Below are positions 1-11,608 of a stretch of 64,000 nt of DNA, in pieces. Position 1 is the first letter of the stretch, and each line of letters begins with the position of its first letter. Source of the stretch: Chamaesiphon sp. (lineage in GTDB: Bacteria; Cyanobacteriota; Cyanobacteriia; Cyanobacteriales; Chamaesiphonaceae). A program made the translations under genes and the position numbers. The notes under the pieces are model-generated. The model was not told where the DNA came from and searched no databases. It saw only the letters and a program-made list of their open reading frames with translations. Where the stretch lies: positions 160,001 through 224,000 of the forward strand of contig CBDFFH010000002.1 in assembly GCA_965246715.1 (NCBI GenBank), in the 5' to 3' direction.

Positions 1-260
1 CTGATTCTCCCCACCGAGAGACAAATAATAATGCTTGGGTCGAAACGGACACACCAATAAAATCTAATTCTTCTTCATTAAGTGATGACAGCAGAGATCG
101 TAATCGCCAGCAAGAACCAGAGTGGGGTAAGATTATAAAAGGTAGTTGCGCCTTATTCTTTGGCTTTGCCTTGATTAAACTTCCTATTATTGGAATTCCA
201 CTTATCATTTGGGGTAGTTGGATCGTAATAGTATATTGTATGAAAAAATTAAATAACTAA
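1..260 (+). CDS. 3' part of a hypothetical membrane protein (runs off the window start)
   Basis: Frame from base 3 is open to TAA at 258-260: ...EPEWGKIIKGSCALFFGFALIKLPIIGIPLIIWGSWIVIVYCMKKLNN; hydrophobic C-terminus. Confidence 0.6.
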   Translation, partial: DSPHRETNNNAWVETDTPIKSNSSSLSDDSRDRNRQQEPEWGKIIKGSCALFFGFALIKLPIIGIPLIIWGSWIVIVYCMKKLNN

Positions 261-309
261 ATTGGATAGAACTGAAAGTAAAAGTATGATTAATCAAGGA
301 GAATAAATT

Positions 310-540
310 ATGGCACAATGGAAAATTGTAGAGGGCTATGAAGTTAAAGAAACTATTGCCCTTTGGATGATTAGAGAAATAGGTCAAACAAGTGACTATC
401 CACACTATAGTGTACCTAAAACACTCACAGGCAAGCCTGATATTTACAACGCTCATTATTCTGATAATCGCAGAGATCATTATGGAATGAATGAAATAAC
501 TGTCGCAGCTATCATGATGGCTTTAGGATATAAAGTGTAA
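310..540 (+). CDS. hypothetical protein, 76 aa
   Basis: ATG preceded by AAGGAG; followed by a hairpin at about 593-628. Confidence 0.6.
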   Translation: MAQWKIVEGYEVKETIALWMIREIGQTSDYPHYSVPKTLTGKPDIYNAHYSDNRRDHYGMNEITVAAIMMALGYKV

Positions 541-592
541 GTCTATATTTTTTATTGATATTTGGATTGAACCAGGCTTATTGAAATAAATA

Positions 593-628
593 AAATACCG
601 ATCTCATTTCAATGCGATCGGTATTTTA
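593..628. terminator. probable intrinsic terminator hairpin
   Basis: aaaataccgatc...gatcggtatttt inverted repeat. Confidence 0.55.
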
Positions 629-692
629 TATGTTTTAACATCCAAAACCTGATAAATTAACAGGTGAAACTTACCTCTCAGCATATCCATCA

Positions 693-1031
693 GTGGCAAA
701 ACTACCAGATACCATAGTCACAAACATCTTTACTCTGAAACGCGGATTGATTGAGTGCATCGACGATACTACTGCAATAGAGTTTAGATTATTTGAGCAA
801 ATCGGCGAAACAGCCGAAACACTGCCAGAGCTGGAAGAACTTCAGAATATCAAAGAGCGGCTATTATCTTCATACTCTCGATTGTATAACCTGTTGTTGA
901 GAGTCTATCAATCTCAGCCAACTGCCTCTACTGATATGTTAAATTTATTGTATGGTGCGATGGAGAGTGGTCAAAACTCTCTGGATGCCAGTGTTGCTAG
1001 TTTACAAGATATTCAACGTAATTGGAATTAG
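693..1031 (+). CDS. hypothetical helical protein, 112 aa
   Basis: ORF with protein-like composition, closely coupled to the next ORF. Confidence 0.7.
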   Translation: MAKLPDTIVTNIFTLKRGLIECIDDTTAIEFRLFEQIGETAETLPELEELQNIKERLLSSYSRLYNLLLRVYQSQPTASTDMLNLLYGAMESGQNSLDASVASLQDIQRNWN

Positions 1032-1033
1032 TC

Positions 1034-1237
1034 ATGAACGACCAATTTAAAATTCCCGATCCTGAGACTAGAGCGAGATCGATCGCCAAGTTGCGAGAAG
1101 CCTGTCGGTTATTAGATTTATTCAATCTACAGCTAGATGAAGCGATCGCACTAGCAGATGCAGACTTGCTCAAACAACGTAAAGCGAGATTATTATACAA
1201 ATCTAATTATCTACCAACAGAGCCGATCGAGAGTTGA
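1034..1237 (+). CDS. hypothetical protein, about 67 aa
   Basis: ATG 2 nt after the upstream stop (MNDQFKIPDPETRARSIAKL...). Confidence 0.6.
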   Translation: MNDQFKIPDPETRARSIAKLREACRLLDLFNLQLDEAIALADADLLKQRKARLLYKSNYLPTEPIES

Positions 1238-1305
1238 TTTTAAAGATAATCGTTCCTACGTGTCTCTTCTAAAAAACCGATTAAAACTATCAATTTAGTT
1301 AATAA

Positions 1306-1340
1306 ATATCACCGATTTCTTTGAAGAAGTCGGTGATATA
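1306..1340. terminator. hairpin between convergent genes
   Basis: atatcaccgatttctt / aagaagtcggtgatat inverted repeat. Confidence 0.5.
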
Positions 1341-1435
1341 GAAGTGCGTCAATTAACACACATTAGGATTGGTGCGTTGCGCTGTCGCGACAACACACCC
1401 TACGCAATCAAAACTTGAAATGGGGAATGTAGGAA

Positions 1436-4400
1436 CTAAGCACTAAAGTACTTAGCAGTCGGATGATAGACAATCAACGCAGTAGTAGACTGCTCAGGAT
1501 ATAGCTGCTCGCTCTCATCCATCGTCATCCCCATCCGCTCGGTACCCATGATTTTCAACTGCTGCAACTGATCCGCCACATTCGGACAAGCTGGATAGCC
1601 GAAACTATACCGCGAACCCTGATAGCGTTGCGCTAACATATCCCGAATATTATCAGGCTCTAAATCGCCATAACCCAACTCCTTGCGGATGCGGGCATGT
1701 CCCCATTCGGCTAATCCTTCGGCCATTTGGACAGCCATCCCGTGGAAGTAGAGATAGTTCGCATAGTTATCGGCTTTGAATAACACTTGGGCTTGCTTGC
1801 TGGCGACTTCGCCCATCGTCACGGCTTGCATCGGGAATACGTCGAACTTATTCTCTGAGAGGGGGCGGAAGAAATCAGCCAGACAGAGGCGACGCAGGGA
1901 TTTTTGGCGGGGGAATGTCCAGGTGACGACAGGGGTGGCGGTTTGGGGGGTTAAGCCTTGCTCGATGACGCTGGGATCGTAGACGTGGACGGAGTTACCT
2001 TCGGCGGTACAGGGGAAGTAGCCATAGATGAGTTGGGGTTCTAGCCATTCTCCGGTGAGGATTTTGGCTTTCCATTCTTCGAGGATGGGGTGGACTTTAT
2101 CGGCGAGGAATGCGTCGTATTCTTCTCGGGATTGCTCTTTGGGTTTGCGGAATTGCCATTGTCCGGCGATGAGGGCTTGGAGATCCATGTGCCAGAATAG
2201 ATCTTCGAGGGCGATCTCATCTTTGAGGATTTTGGTGCCCCAGAATGGTGGTGTAGGCCTGTCGATATCTAATGATACATCTGCCGATCGCACGGTATCA
2301 ATTACCGCTGGTTCTTTGCTCTCTTCAGTCTGCTCTTTTGGCTCTTCAATTTCGACGGCGGCTTTAATCGGGTTGCCATCATCATCGAGGAAACCGTGGG
2401 TGTCGTCCCACTTGTTGCTCTGTTTAGCAGGCATCAGGGCATCCATAAAGTTCAAATCGGCAAAAGCATCTTTACCGTAGATTACCTGTCCGTTATAAGC
2501 CTGCTGACAGTCTTTGTAGACAAATTTGGGGGTGAGCGCAGCACCGCCGAGGATGATTGGGATCGTGATGCCTTTTTCGTTGAAAACTTCGAGGTTTTCT
2601 TTCATGAAAGCGGTGGATTTGACCAGCAGTCCGCTCATGGCGATACAGTCGGGTTTGTGGGTTTCGTAAGCTTGAACGATCGCTTCTACGGATTGTTTAA
2701 TCCCCATATTGACGACTTCATAACCATTGTTGGTGAGGATGATATCGACGAGGTTTTTACCAATATCATGTACGTCCCCTTTGACGGTGGCAATTACAAA
2801 TTTACCTTTAGAATTACTCGTACCCGCATCGGCTTTATCCATGTGGGGTTCGAGCAGAGCTACGGCAGCTTTCATCGTTTCGGCGGATTGCAAGACGAAT
2901 GGTAATTGCATTTGTCCCGAACCGAAGAGTTCGCCGACAACTTTCATCCCATTTAGGAGATAAGTATTGATCACATCGAGCGGTGGATATTTCTCGATCG
3001 CTTTCATCAGATTGGCTTCTAATCCCACCCGTTCGCCGTCGATAATATGGCGAGTAAGTTTCTCTTCAAGTGGAAGTTTATCATCCTCGGCTTTATCCCG
3101 TTTGGTACTCACCCCTTCAAACATGGTGGTAAGTAAACCGAGTGGGTCGTAGGTGCAAATATCACCATCAAATTGACGGCGATCGTAAATCAGATTCCGA
3201 CAGATTTCTTGATGTTCGGGGGATATTTTAGCGAGTGGGAGAATCTTATTCGGGCTGACAATTGCCGCATCCATCCCAGCATTCATACACTCATGTAAGA
3301 ACATCGAGTTTAGTACTTGACGCGCAGCGGGATTTAGACCGAAGGAAATATTAGATAGTCCTAATAGAACGTGACATTGGGGGAGGTTTTCGCGAATCAT
3401 TTTAATTGATTCGACGGTGGCTTTACCATTCTCCCGATCTTCCTCAATTCCGGTCGAAATCGGTAGTGCTAAAGGATCGAAGAAGACTTCATAAGCCGGA
3501 ATCCCATATTCTACCGCTGCTCGGTATGCTCGTTGAGCGATCGCAAATTTCCGCTCGGCTGTCCGTGCCATTCCTTCTTCATCGATTGTTCCAATCACGA
3601 CTCCTGCCCCATATTTCTTGGCAAGTTCCAATACTTTATAGAAGCGTTCTTCGCCATCTTCATAGTTAGTTGAGTTCAGGAGACATTTACCCCCTGCAAC
3701 TTTCAATCCAGCTTCCATTTTCTCCCACTCAGTGGAATCCAACATCAACGGCAGACTGACGTTATTAACAACACGAGAAACCACCTCGTGCATATCTTTC
3801 ACACCATCGCGTCCAACATAATCAACGTTGACATCGAGAATGTGGGCACCTTCTTTGACTTGGGATTTAGCGAGAGAAACTAAACCATCCCAATTTTCTT
3901 CATTTAATAAATCTCGACACTTTTTCGAGCCACTCGCATTCAAACGTTCGCCGATAATTAGGAACGAGTTATCCTGATGATATGGCTGGATCGACATCAA
4001 TGAAGATGCGGCTGGTTCAAATTCGGGATGGCGTTCTTTGACTTGGAGTGTCGAGCCAATTTCGGCTAAAGCTTTAATATGATCGGGACGAGTTCCACAA
4101 CAACCACCAATTACTTGCACACCCCAATCTTCGACGAATTTATACATCGCCAATTTGAGTTCTAAAGGCGTTAATTTGTAATGGGCGTGTCCGCCAATGT
4201 TTTCCGGTAATCCAGCATTTGGCACACAAGAAACCACAAATGGCGATTGTTCGCACAAATGTTTAATATGGGGAGCCATTAAATCTGGCCCAGTCGCGCA
4301 ATTTAATCCTAAGATATCGATCGGGAATGGTTGTAATGCTGTTAATAGTGTCGCAATATCACTACCCGACAACATAGTCGCCTGGGGATTTTCAAACGTC

Positions 4401-4984
4401 GCCGACACCATAATCGGGAGTCTGGCTCCTTTATTTTTAAAAACCCGCTCTAGTCCATTGATTGCTGCCTTAATTTGCAGCACATCCATACAAGTTTCGA
4501 TTAGGAATAGATCTACACCACCGTCATACAGGCCTGTAGCCTGCTCGGTGTATGCTTGCTCTAGTTCTTCATAACCGATATGGCCGATCGAGGGTAGCTT
4601 AGTACCAGGGCCGATCGATCCAGCAACAAATCTCGGTTTCTCAGGTGTCGAAAATTCTGCCGTGCATTTTTTCGCTAGTTCTGCGGCAGTCTTATTCAGA
4701 TAATAAACCTTATCTTCCAATCCATATTCCGCCAACGTCGTCGCCGTACCGCCAAAGGTATCGGTTTCAATCACATCCGCACCCGCCGCCAAGAAATCGC
4801 GGTGAACTTTGGCAACTGCTTCGGGTTTGGTATGGACGAGATATTCATTACAACCCTCATACTCGGCACCACCAAAATCTTCCGCTGTCAGATTTTGAAC
4901 TTGGAGATTGGTACCCATTGCTCCATCGAAGACGATGACGGGACGTTCGGGACTGTGGAGACGCGCGAGGAAGGTATTAGTCAT
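1436..4984 (-). CDS. metH: cobalamin-dependent methionine synthase
   Basis: DGAMGT, GGCCGT zinc motif, [10 protein letters not shown] pterin domain, [11 protein letters not shown] cobalamin motif, [10 protein letters not shown] activation domain. Confidence 0.97.
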   Translation of the reverse strand: MTNTFLARLHSPERPVIVFDGAMGTNLQVQNLTAEDFGGAEYEGCNEYLVHTKPEAVAKVHRDFLAAGADVIETDTFGGTATTLAEYGLEDKVYYLNKTAAELAKKCTAEFSTPEKPRFVAGSIGPGTKLPSIGHIGYEELEQAYTEQATGLYDGGVDLFLIETCMDVLQIKAAINGLERVFKNKGARLPIMVSATFENPQATMLSGSDIATLLTALQPFPIDILGLNCATGPDLMAPHIKHLCEQSPFVVSCVPNAGLPENIGGHAHYKLTPLELKLAMYKFVEDWGVQVIGGCCGTRPDHIKALAEIGSTLQVKERHPEFEPAASSLMSIQPYHQDNSFLIIGERLNASGSKKCRDLLNEENWDGLVSLAKSQVKEGAHILDVNVDYVGRDGVKDMHEVVSRVVNNVSLPLMLDSTEWEKMEAGLKVAGGKCLLNSTNYEDGEERFYKVLELAKKYGAGVVIGTIDEEGMARTAERKFAIAQRAYRAAVEYGIPAYEVFFDPLALPISTGIEEDRENGKATVESIKMIRENLPQCHVLLGLSNISFGLNPAARQVLNSMFLHECMNAGMDAAIVSPNKILPLAKISPEHQEICRNLIYDRRQFDGDICTYDPLGLLTTMFEGVSTKRDKAEDDKLPLEEKLTRHIIDGERVGLEANLMKAIEKYPPLDVINTYLLNGMKVVGELFGSGQMQLPFVLQSAETMKAAVALLEPHMDKADAGTSNSKGKFVIATVKGDVHDIGKNLVDIILTNNGYEVVNMGIKQSVEAIVQAYETHKPDCIAMSGLLVKSTAFMKENLEVFNEKGITIPIILGGAALTPKFVYKDCQQAYNGQVIYGKDAFADLNFMDALMPAKQSNKWDDTHGFLDDDGNPIKAAVEIEEPKEQTEESKEPAVIDTVRSADVSLDIDRPTPPFWGTKILKDEIALEDLFWHMDLQALIAGQWQFRKPKEQSREEYDAFLADKVHPILEEWKAKILTGEWLEPQLIYGYFPCTAEGNSVHVYDPSVIEQGLTPQTATPVVTWTFPRQKSLRRLCLADFFRPLSENKFDVFPMQAVTMGEVASKQAQVLFKADNYANYLYFHGMAVQMAEGLAEWGHARIRKELGYGDLEPDNIRDMLAQRYQGSRYSFGYPACPNVADQLQQLKIMGTERMGMTMDESEQLYPEQSTTALIVYHPTAKYFSA

Positions 4985-5178
4985 ATTATTTTTACTTTAT
5001 ACAGATGCGATCGTCGGGTAAAGTCGATTTTAGCAAATCACCTAATTAGTAATCGGCTTGAGAGACTACGCTCTTATTGTAATCAAGTTTGTGTAAGCGA
5101 TTCATCCCAGAGGCTACTGAAATCGCGGCGGAGGGGATGTTTATTTTGCGGTATATTTATTGACGGTTAGAGTGGATT

Positions 5179-6927
5179 CTAAAATCCTAAATCCATTTGT
5201 GCCGCTTTCGCTGCCACCAAGATCTCCTCATCCGACTTAGTAACCCAGTCGGTATCGCCGATTTCCTCATAGAATTTCTGGTCGTAGGGACGAGTCCGAA
5301 CTACTACTGGCATCGGTACAGCATGACCTAATACTAATGCTTGTTGTTTAGAATCCAACTTCGCTAAAACTGATTTCAAACCCTGTGCGCCTGATACGCC
5401 AGTGAAGATTGCATCGATATCTTTTTCGTCGTTAATTAGTGCCGTAATCCGCGTACCGATTTGCGACATGATCTCATTGTCGATGCCAGATGGCCGTTGA
5501 TCGACGATTAATAGAGTTACAAAAAACTTCCGCATTTCCCGCGCGATCGTGCCAAAAATCGTACTCTTGGCAATCGCTGGATCGAGAAATCTATGTGCTT
5601 CTTCGATCGTGATAATCAAAGGAATCGGTCTGTCGGCTTCTTGTTTGCTCTGTAAATATTGCTCGGCTTTATCTACATATAGTTTGTGAATCCGGCGGGT
5701 GAGCATATTCGTCACCAGCATATAAGATAATAAATCTGACTGGTTGCCAAATTCGATCACGATATTTTTACCAGCCTTAAGAGCTTGCATCAGACTTTTA
5801 AGATTGTCCTGACGACTGATGGGTTTGAGATATTTGAGTTTCTCCAACCGCATTAATTTACGTTGTAAAGAGGAGATCGAGCCTTTATGTCCCTTCCCCG
5901 ATTCACAGAATACAGTAATATCTTCATTACTCATTTCTAATAAACGACTAATCCAGCTACTCCCATATTCAGCAGCTAAAATATTCGCATTATCGAGACT
6001 TGCTTCGGAGAGATTTAATTCTCGCGAAACTAGCTGTAAATCTTCGATATCGATCATCTCATAAGTGAGATAGAGATCCTGTGCGTCCCGAATCCCGCGA
6101 TTGCGACTGGATTCGGGATCGAGGGTGTATACCATCACGTCATTCGGGAATAGTTGGCGCAATCCTTTCACCGTTTTGACATTTTTGCCCTCTTGTACGG
6201 CTTCCCAGCCATATTCTGAGTGCATATCGAAGATCAGATTTACCGCGACTTTTTTGCGAATTACCCCGGCAAGTAACAGCCGCGTTAGAAATGATTTCCC
6301 CGTTCCCGATTTCCCAAATACGCCATTACTCCGCTCGACAAACTTCTTTAAGTCCAGACAGACAGGGACATCCATATCTAATGGTTGCCCGATCGAAAAA
6401 TTCTTCCGTGTCGGATCGTCTTCCCAACCGAATACCGATCGGAAGTCGTTCTCATTGGCATCGAATACTTGGCTGAAGTGGCTGGGCACTGTCTTGACTG
6501 GCAATAGCTCCCATTCCATGTTTGTATTAGCTTCAAAGGATGCTAAAGCGGCTTTACCATTCTCACCTTTCGCTTTTTTACCTTTGCCGTTCCCATTCAA
6601 ACTTGCCGTACCAGCTGGCACTGGGTGGATTTGGGTAAACTTATTGAGCATCAACATTGGCGAGAGATTTACCGTCCCATAGGTACCGCTACCCGATAAC
6701 ACATCGAGCAGAAAATCATCATCGGGATGGGGTGGATTGACCAAAATTCGATCGCTAGAAGTCCCCAAACAGACATCGGTTAACAAACAAAAGAAGTCAT
6801 ATTGTCGCCCGCGCACTACCAAAAATTTGCCCACCCGCATATCTTCAACAGAGATATCGGGATGCAGCCGCACTTCTAAGCCACCAGTGAGCGAACCTTC
6901 AATTACCGAGCCGAGGGGTTTATTCAT
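5179..6927 (-). CDS. HerA/FtsK-family ATPase (HAS-barrel + DUF87)
   Basis: Walker A GKSGTGKS, FDMHSEY, Walker B IEEAH, REMRKF and DQRP motifs. Confidence 0.88.
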   Translation of the reverse strand: MNKPLGSVIEGSLTGGLEVRLHPDISVEDMRVGKFLVVRGRQYDFFCLLTDVCLGTSSDRILVNPPHPDDDFLLDVLSGSGTYGTVNLSPMLMLNKFTQIHPVPAGTASLNGNGKGKKAKGENGKAALASFEANTNMEWELLPVKTVPSHFSQVFDANENDFRSVFGWEDDPTRKNFSIGQPLDMDVPVCLDLKKFVERSNGVFGKSGTGKSFLTRLLLAGVIRKKVAVNLIFDMHSEYGWEAVQEGKNVKTVKGLRQLFPNDVMVYTLDPESSRNRGIRDAQDLYLTYEMIDIEDLQLVSRELNLSEASLDNANILAAEYGSSWISRLLEMSNEDITVFCESGKGHKGSISSLQRKLMRLEKLKYLKPISRQDNLKSLMQALKAGKNIVIEFGNQSDLLSYMLVTNMLTRRIHKLYVDKAEQYLQSKQEADRPIPLIITIEEAHRFLDPAIAKSTIFGTIAREMRKFFVTLLIVDQRPSGIDNEIMSQIGTRITALINDEKDIDAIFTGVSGAQGLKSVLAKLDSKQQALVLGHAVPMPVVVRTRPYDQKFYEEIGDTDWVTKSDEEILVAAKAAQMDLGF

Positions 6928-7304
6928 GGAAGGGGTACGTAAATGTAGGTGCGCCCAACCCCTCCCCGGTTATTTTTAAAAACTTTGCGGATTGGAGTTT
7001 GTTTTTACTAGTAATAACACAAACTTGCCACTAGAAGATATTCGATCGGACGATCGGACGCATCTATTTCGATTTTTTTGGGCTGTTCGCAAACTCGATC
7101 GTGAAGTTTTGGGCGTTGCTGGATTAGAGGATGAAAAAGCTAGTTGAGGAGAGGGGGACACATAATATTATTGCAAAGTAACAAACCATACCAGATCGAA
7201 GATGATGTCGATCGATGGTGATTGGTTCGATTCTTAGCAGAATGGCCTGCAGACGTGCGAGAATTTTTATCTAACGCCATAGCAGATGGGAGTTTTCGGA
7301 TCGC

Positions 7305-8138
7305 ATGACTCAGATATATACTCTCTATCACAACAACTGTCCAGATGGATTTGGTAGTGCCCTGGCAGCTTATTTGAAGTTCGGTACTCGCTCCGAATAT
7401 ATCGGTGTCAAACATCAACAGGATCCGCCAGAGATGGCAGCGGGTTCGGAAGTTTATATCTTGGACTTTAGTTACCCGCGCCTGGTGATGGAAGAACTGT
7501 TGCGACAACACGATCGAGTAATTACGCTCGACCATCATAAAACTGCCCAGGAAGCCTTGTTAGGCTTGCGAGGTGCCCTGTTCGACATGAATCGATCGGG
7601 TGCGATGATTAGTTGGGAATATTTTCATCCCGATCGAGAAATTCCCGAACTATTTAAATATATTCAAGACCGCGATCTCTGGGAGTGGAAGTTAGCAGAA
7701 ACTGGAGAGGTGACAGCAGGTTTGCAATTACTCCCGCAGGAATTTGACTGCTGGCTCGAATTATTAACCCCTGAAGGTTTAGCAAAGTTGAGACAGGATG
7801 GTAAGACGATGCTTAAATATCAAGCTAAGGAGATTAATGGCATGTTGAAGCATGTGTATTTGGATAATCTCCCGCCTTATCAAGCGCCGACTGGCGAGTG
7901 GCTAACCGATCGAAAAATACCAACGATTAACTGTTCCAATTATGATATTGTCTCCGAACTATGTCACCGGATGTTGGAAGAGTATCCGGACTATCCGGTT
8001 GTGGCTAGTTGGTTGAGAGGGAATTCTAGTATTTCTTATTCGTTGCGTTCGCAGCCGGATTTTGACTGTTCGGCGATTGCTAAGTTGTATGGGGGTGGCG
8101 GGCATAAAAATAGTGCTGGTTTTAAGATAGCTATTTAG
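7305..8138 (+). CDS. DHH/DHHA1 phosphoesterase (oligoribonuclease-like)
   Basis: HNNCPDG, DFSY, DHH, YIQDRDLW and GGGH motifs. Confidence 0.88.
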   Translation: MTQIYTLYHNNCPDGFGSALAAYLKFGTRSEYIGVKHQQDPPEMAAGSEVYILDFSYPRLVMEELLRQHDRVITLDHHKTAQEALLGLRGALFDMNRSGAMISWEYFHPDREIPELFKYIQDRDLWEWKLAETGEVTAGLQLLPQEFDCWLELLTPEGLAKLRQDGKTMLKYQAKEINGMLKHVYLDNLPPYQAPTGEWLTDRKIPTINCSNYDIVSELCHRMLEEYPDYPVVASWLRGNSSISYSLRSQPDFDCSAIAKLYGGGGHKNSAGFKIAI

Positions 8139-8440
8139 CATCTGCTCGGGATGAGATCTGTCCAAAGCGAAGCGGCAAGCGGTATATATTTGTGGGCTGT
8201 GAGTTTTACTGGTGGGGGCAAAACCCGGATCTGGGGGAGGCTTCCCCCAGACCCCCCGTTGAGGAGCGGAGTGCCGCCCCTCAAACTCCCCTGCACAAGG
8301 GTTGGTTTGTTGGCAGCATAGCGCGCTTCGCATTAGCTTCGCAATGGAAATCGATCTGTGCGTTGGGGTTTATTTTTTGGGGCGGCTCCGAAACGAAGCC
8401 AGGAGTCATTACTCCAAAATCCTTATCCCGAACTCACGTT
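8137..8440. mobile_element. MITE-like element, family A copy 1
   Basis: Right end tccttatcccgaactcacgtt, degenerate left end; core nearly identical to 35314-35611; ATTT on both flanks. Confidence 0.75.
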
Positions 8441-8605
8441 ATTTAGGGTTTGTCGAACAAAAGCTAAAACAAAGATATAGCGGTTCCCGATCGAATGAGT
8501 TACATTCACTAGCCACTAGCCACTAAAACCACTAATAATGCCCTTCACTAGGATGATAACCGCTAGATGAGTATATTCTAATCAAGTGAATATCAGCGAT
8601 CGCGC

Positions 8606-9394
8606 TTAAATAAGCTCGATTTTAACTTCTAAATCTGGTTCGACAGTGATGATACTTTGCATCGGACAGGTTTGCCAATCACCTTTAAATATCGGCTCGG
8701 AGGCAAGGATGACGGCATCGGGATATTCGATGCTATCTTTAATCCAGTAGAAGGTCGGAACGGTAGCACTGTGAGCGAAGCGAGAAGCAATCAATCGCTT
8801 GCCATCGCTAATCACGATATTTGCTGAAATTGTCGTGCGATCGACTGTCGCTAAATCGCGTAGTAGTCTCAAGGTACGCTGCAGGGCAATTTCGAGGGGA
8901 AGTTCGGGATGGGTATGCAATTCGTTGGAAAATAGCGCAAAGATATGTTCGGAATCAGTAGTACCATCGATCGCTCGATAAATATGATGGTGTAATTTAT
9001 CGCGGATTTGCTTATATAAACCGCCCCGAAAATTCTCGATAAATCCGTTATGAATAAACAGTAAGTTACCATCGCGAAATGGCTGGCAGTTGCTCATACT
9101 AACTGCTTGTCCTGGCGTTGCACTGCGCACATAGCTCAACATACAACCAGTTTCGATCGATCTGCCGAGATCGGGTAAATTGGTGTCGCTCCAAATCGGA
9201 ATCGTTTGTTTATAAATAAACGGATCGGTATTTTGCTGGGGATGATACCAACCGATGCCAAACCCATCCGCATTAATTACCCCTGCGGTCATTTCCTTGG
9301 GTTGGTAACTTTGGACGATCAGCGAATGTTCTGGTTCAGCAATCAATCGATCGATCGATTGAGGTTTACCCTGATAAGCAAGCAAACGGCACAT
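8606..9394 (-). CDS. egtC: ergothioneine biosynthesis class II glutamine amidotransferase-like protein
   Basis: N-terminal MCRLL, NADGFGIGWY, VRSAT, NCQPF, HNG, GTTDSEH. Confidence 0.88.
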   Translation of the reverse strand: MCRLLAYQGKPQSIDRLIAEPEHSLIVQSYQPKEMTAGVINADGFGIGWYHPQQNTDPFIYKQTIPIWSDTNLPDLGRSIETGCMLSYVRSATPGQAVSMSNCQPFRDGNLLFIHNGFIENFRGGLYKQIRDKLHHHIYRAIDGTTDSEHIFALFSNELHTHPELPLEIALQRTLRLLRDLATVDRTTISANIVISDGKRLIASRFAHSATVPTFYWIKDSIEYPDAVILASEPIFKGDWQTCPMQSIITVEPDLEVKIELI

Positions 9395-9601
9395 TTAAAT
9401 TATGAGTTATGAATGTAAATTTGGGATCTCTCAGGGGCGAGTTGATGCTAAAAATGCCTACCTTCAATTGAAGTTGTCGAATAAAAACCGCCCTCACTAC
9501 ACTAGTATTTGGAGCTAAATTACGAGTTACGGTTGCGATCGCAACCGTTATCTAAGACTAACTCTCACCACACTAGAGATTGCAGTATAGATGATGGAGC
9601 C

Positions 9602-9630
9602 AAAAAAAGGTAGGCACTGAGTGCCCACCT
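9602..9630 (-). terminator. intrinsic terminator of chlP
   Basis: aggtaggcact/agtgcccacct hairpin followed by a T-run on the minus strand. Confidence 0.65.
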
Positions 9631-9665
9631 CCGATCGTAAGTGTGAGTTTAAATCTCTGGAATCG

Positions 9666-10892
9666 TTATGGTGCTAGTGCATTACCACGGAGGAGACTAC
9701 CGATCGTTTTAGCGGTAATCTTCATCTGTGTGAATGGATTCGCAGGAACTACTGTTTTGTACAGATAGCTATCGAAAGTGAGTTTTTGCACGTCGATGTC
9801 CCCACACATTTCGACGAAGGCTTCGCGAGTCGCATCGGAACGGTAGAATACTGCTTGAAGGATATCCAAGACCTTGTAAGTCAAGCCGTAAGCTTTATCC
9901 CATTGCTTGATATAAACCTTGAGATCGGCTTCGGTCGGAATTTTCGCACCCTGTTCGGAACGCTCGACGATAACTTCCGCACACATCCGTCCGGATTTAG
10001 CTGCAAAGTAAATCCCTTCACCAGAGGACTTGGTCACATAACCTGCTGCATCGCCGACTAAGGCACAACGACCGACGACCCGACGCGGACGTGGATGTTC
10101 GGGGATGGGATGCGCTTCGACTTTAATAATCGTGCCACCTTCGAGCTTCTTGGCAGCGCGTTTGCGGATGCCAGCTTGCAAATTCTTGATATCTGCTTTG
10201 TGTACCTTCATCGTTCCCGTACCGACTGCTACGTGGTCGAACTTGGGGAACACCCAAGCATAAAAATCGGTAGAGACATCATCGCCGACATACATTTCAG
10301 CGAGGCTGTGGTAGTATGCCATTTTGTCTTCGGGCAGTTTGATGCGTTCTTGGAAAGCGATCGCATAGTTATAGTCGCCAGCATCCATTGCTTTGGCAAC
10401 GCGAGAATTGGCTCCATCAGCGCCGATTACCAAGTCAACTTTGAGAGTTTTCGCTTCGCCTTCGAGCGTGCCATTAGCATGATCGGCATAATGCAACACG
10501 TAAGGGTCTTTGGTGTTGAGTCCGGGCATTTCCAACTTGTGGACGGTGCCATTAATCAGTTTCGCGCCTAGCTTCGCCGCTCGATCGCGCAAAAATCCAT
10601 CTAGGACTTCGCGCCGACACATGCCGATGTATTCACCGTCTTTGAGCGTTTGACCGATATCGACTTCGATATTCGACGGCGAGATCATCTTCATTTGCCG
10701 TACCTCGCGATCGATAATCTCTGGCGGCAAGTCAAATTCACTCACCATACAGAGAGGTATCGCTCCCCCACAAGGCTTGGCGTTATCTAATTTGCGTTCA
10801 AATAAATAAGTTTCAATTCCAGCTTTAGCTAGGACTTCAGCAGCAGAAGAACCCGCTGGCCCAGAACCGACAACAGCAACCCGTAGTACCAC
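9666..10892 (-). CDS. chlP: geranylgeranyl reductase
   Basis: GSGPAG, KPCGGAIP, EAHPIPEHPRP, GEGIYFAAKSGR. Confidence 0.97.
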   Translation of the reverse strand: MVLRVAVVGSGPAGSSAAEVLAKAGIETYLFERKLDNAKPCGGAIPLCMVSEFDLPPEIIDREVRQMKMISPSNIEVDIGQTLKDGEYIGMCRREVLDGFLRDRAAKLGAKLINGTVHKLEMPGLNTKDPYVLHYADHANGTLEGEAKTLKVDLVIGADGANSRVAKAMDAGDYNYAIAFQERIKLPEDKMAYYHSLAEMYVGDDVSTDFYAWVFPKFDHVAVGTGTMKVHKADIKNLQAGIRKRAAKKLEGGTIIKVEAHPIPEHPRPRRVVGRCALVGDAAGYVTKSSGEGIYFAAKSGRMCAEVIVERSEQGAKIPTEADLKVYIKQWDKAYGLTYKVLDILQAVFYRSDATREAFVEMCGDIDVQKLTFDSYLYKTVVPANPFTQMKITAKTIGSLLRGNALAP

Positions 10893-11086
10893 AGCTATAT
10901 CTCTCTATAAATTTGCGCTTACAATTACCGGATGTTAGCACGGACTTTTAGTGTCAGGGGCTAGAACCCTATCCAGTCAGCCTGAATTGAAATATTCCTT
11001 TATATAACGACATATTTAGTCAATTATCCCCACGATCGACCAAATCCACACTTAGGAATAAGAATTAAATAACTTACAATTCCTCC

Positions 11087-11224
11087 TTTGGTAGGGGCAA
11101 TGTCTTGTCTCGCTTTTTACGTCGGGAAACCCGACGAGCGCGAGCCGCTGTCTTGTCGTTTTTTTTATTCGGAGGTCCCCTCCGAATAAAACCGCCGCTT
11201 CATGAATTGCCCCTACTACCAAAG
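11087..11224. repeat. REP-like palindromic repeat
   Basis: ctttggtaggggcaa ... catgaattgcccctactaccaaag ends. Confidence 0.5.
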
Positions 11225-11254
11225 ATTGGGGTAAGCGTAGATCTGCATCTTATT

Positions 11255-11487
11255 AAATCCTCATTCCTTAATTGTGGGCGGTTGTGGTAACGATGATATT
11301 GCAGTTAGCTTTGGTCTACATTCCACCACCATCCCAAGCATTTTTTGGGACTTATTCCTTGAGCTTATTGGAACTGGGCAGCTGTTGGATCTGTTGTGGT
11401 TCTAGTTTGGCGATCTTTATCTGGATTGAAAGAGAAAAGCTGGTTGCTATTTCCCAACAGGTCTATTATGGAAGTTCGCCGCTCTAG
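11255..11487 (+). pseudogene. remnant of a cation-transporting P-type ATPase C-terminus
   Basis: [38 protein letters not shown] resembles the last TM helices of P-type ATPases; the rest of the gene is absent. Confidence 0.6.
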
Positions 11488-11608
11488 CAGTAGAGCGCTC
11501 GATATTATTTCCTAAATTAAAATAAGTATTGTAAGTGTCGGTCTGATGCAGATTGAGAGTCATGTCAAACTCAGTGATATAGATGAACATGTTTTGTGCA
11601 GATGAAAG

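Noticed and set aside
1776..5170. Many + strand ORFs inside metH (likewise inside chlP, narB and the gltB fragments)
   Set aside because: Antisense shadows of strongly codon-biased genes.
4985..5178. Cobalamin riboswitch upstream of metH
   Set aside because: No B12-box or matching structure could be seen.
7959..8526. ORFs 7959-8333, 8192-8446, 8302-8526 (and 35216-35482)
   Set aside because: They lie in MITE sequence; their mutual similarity comes from the repeat.
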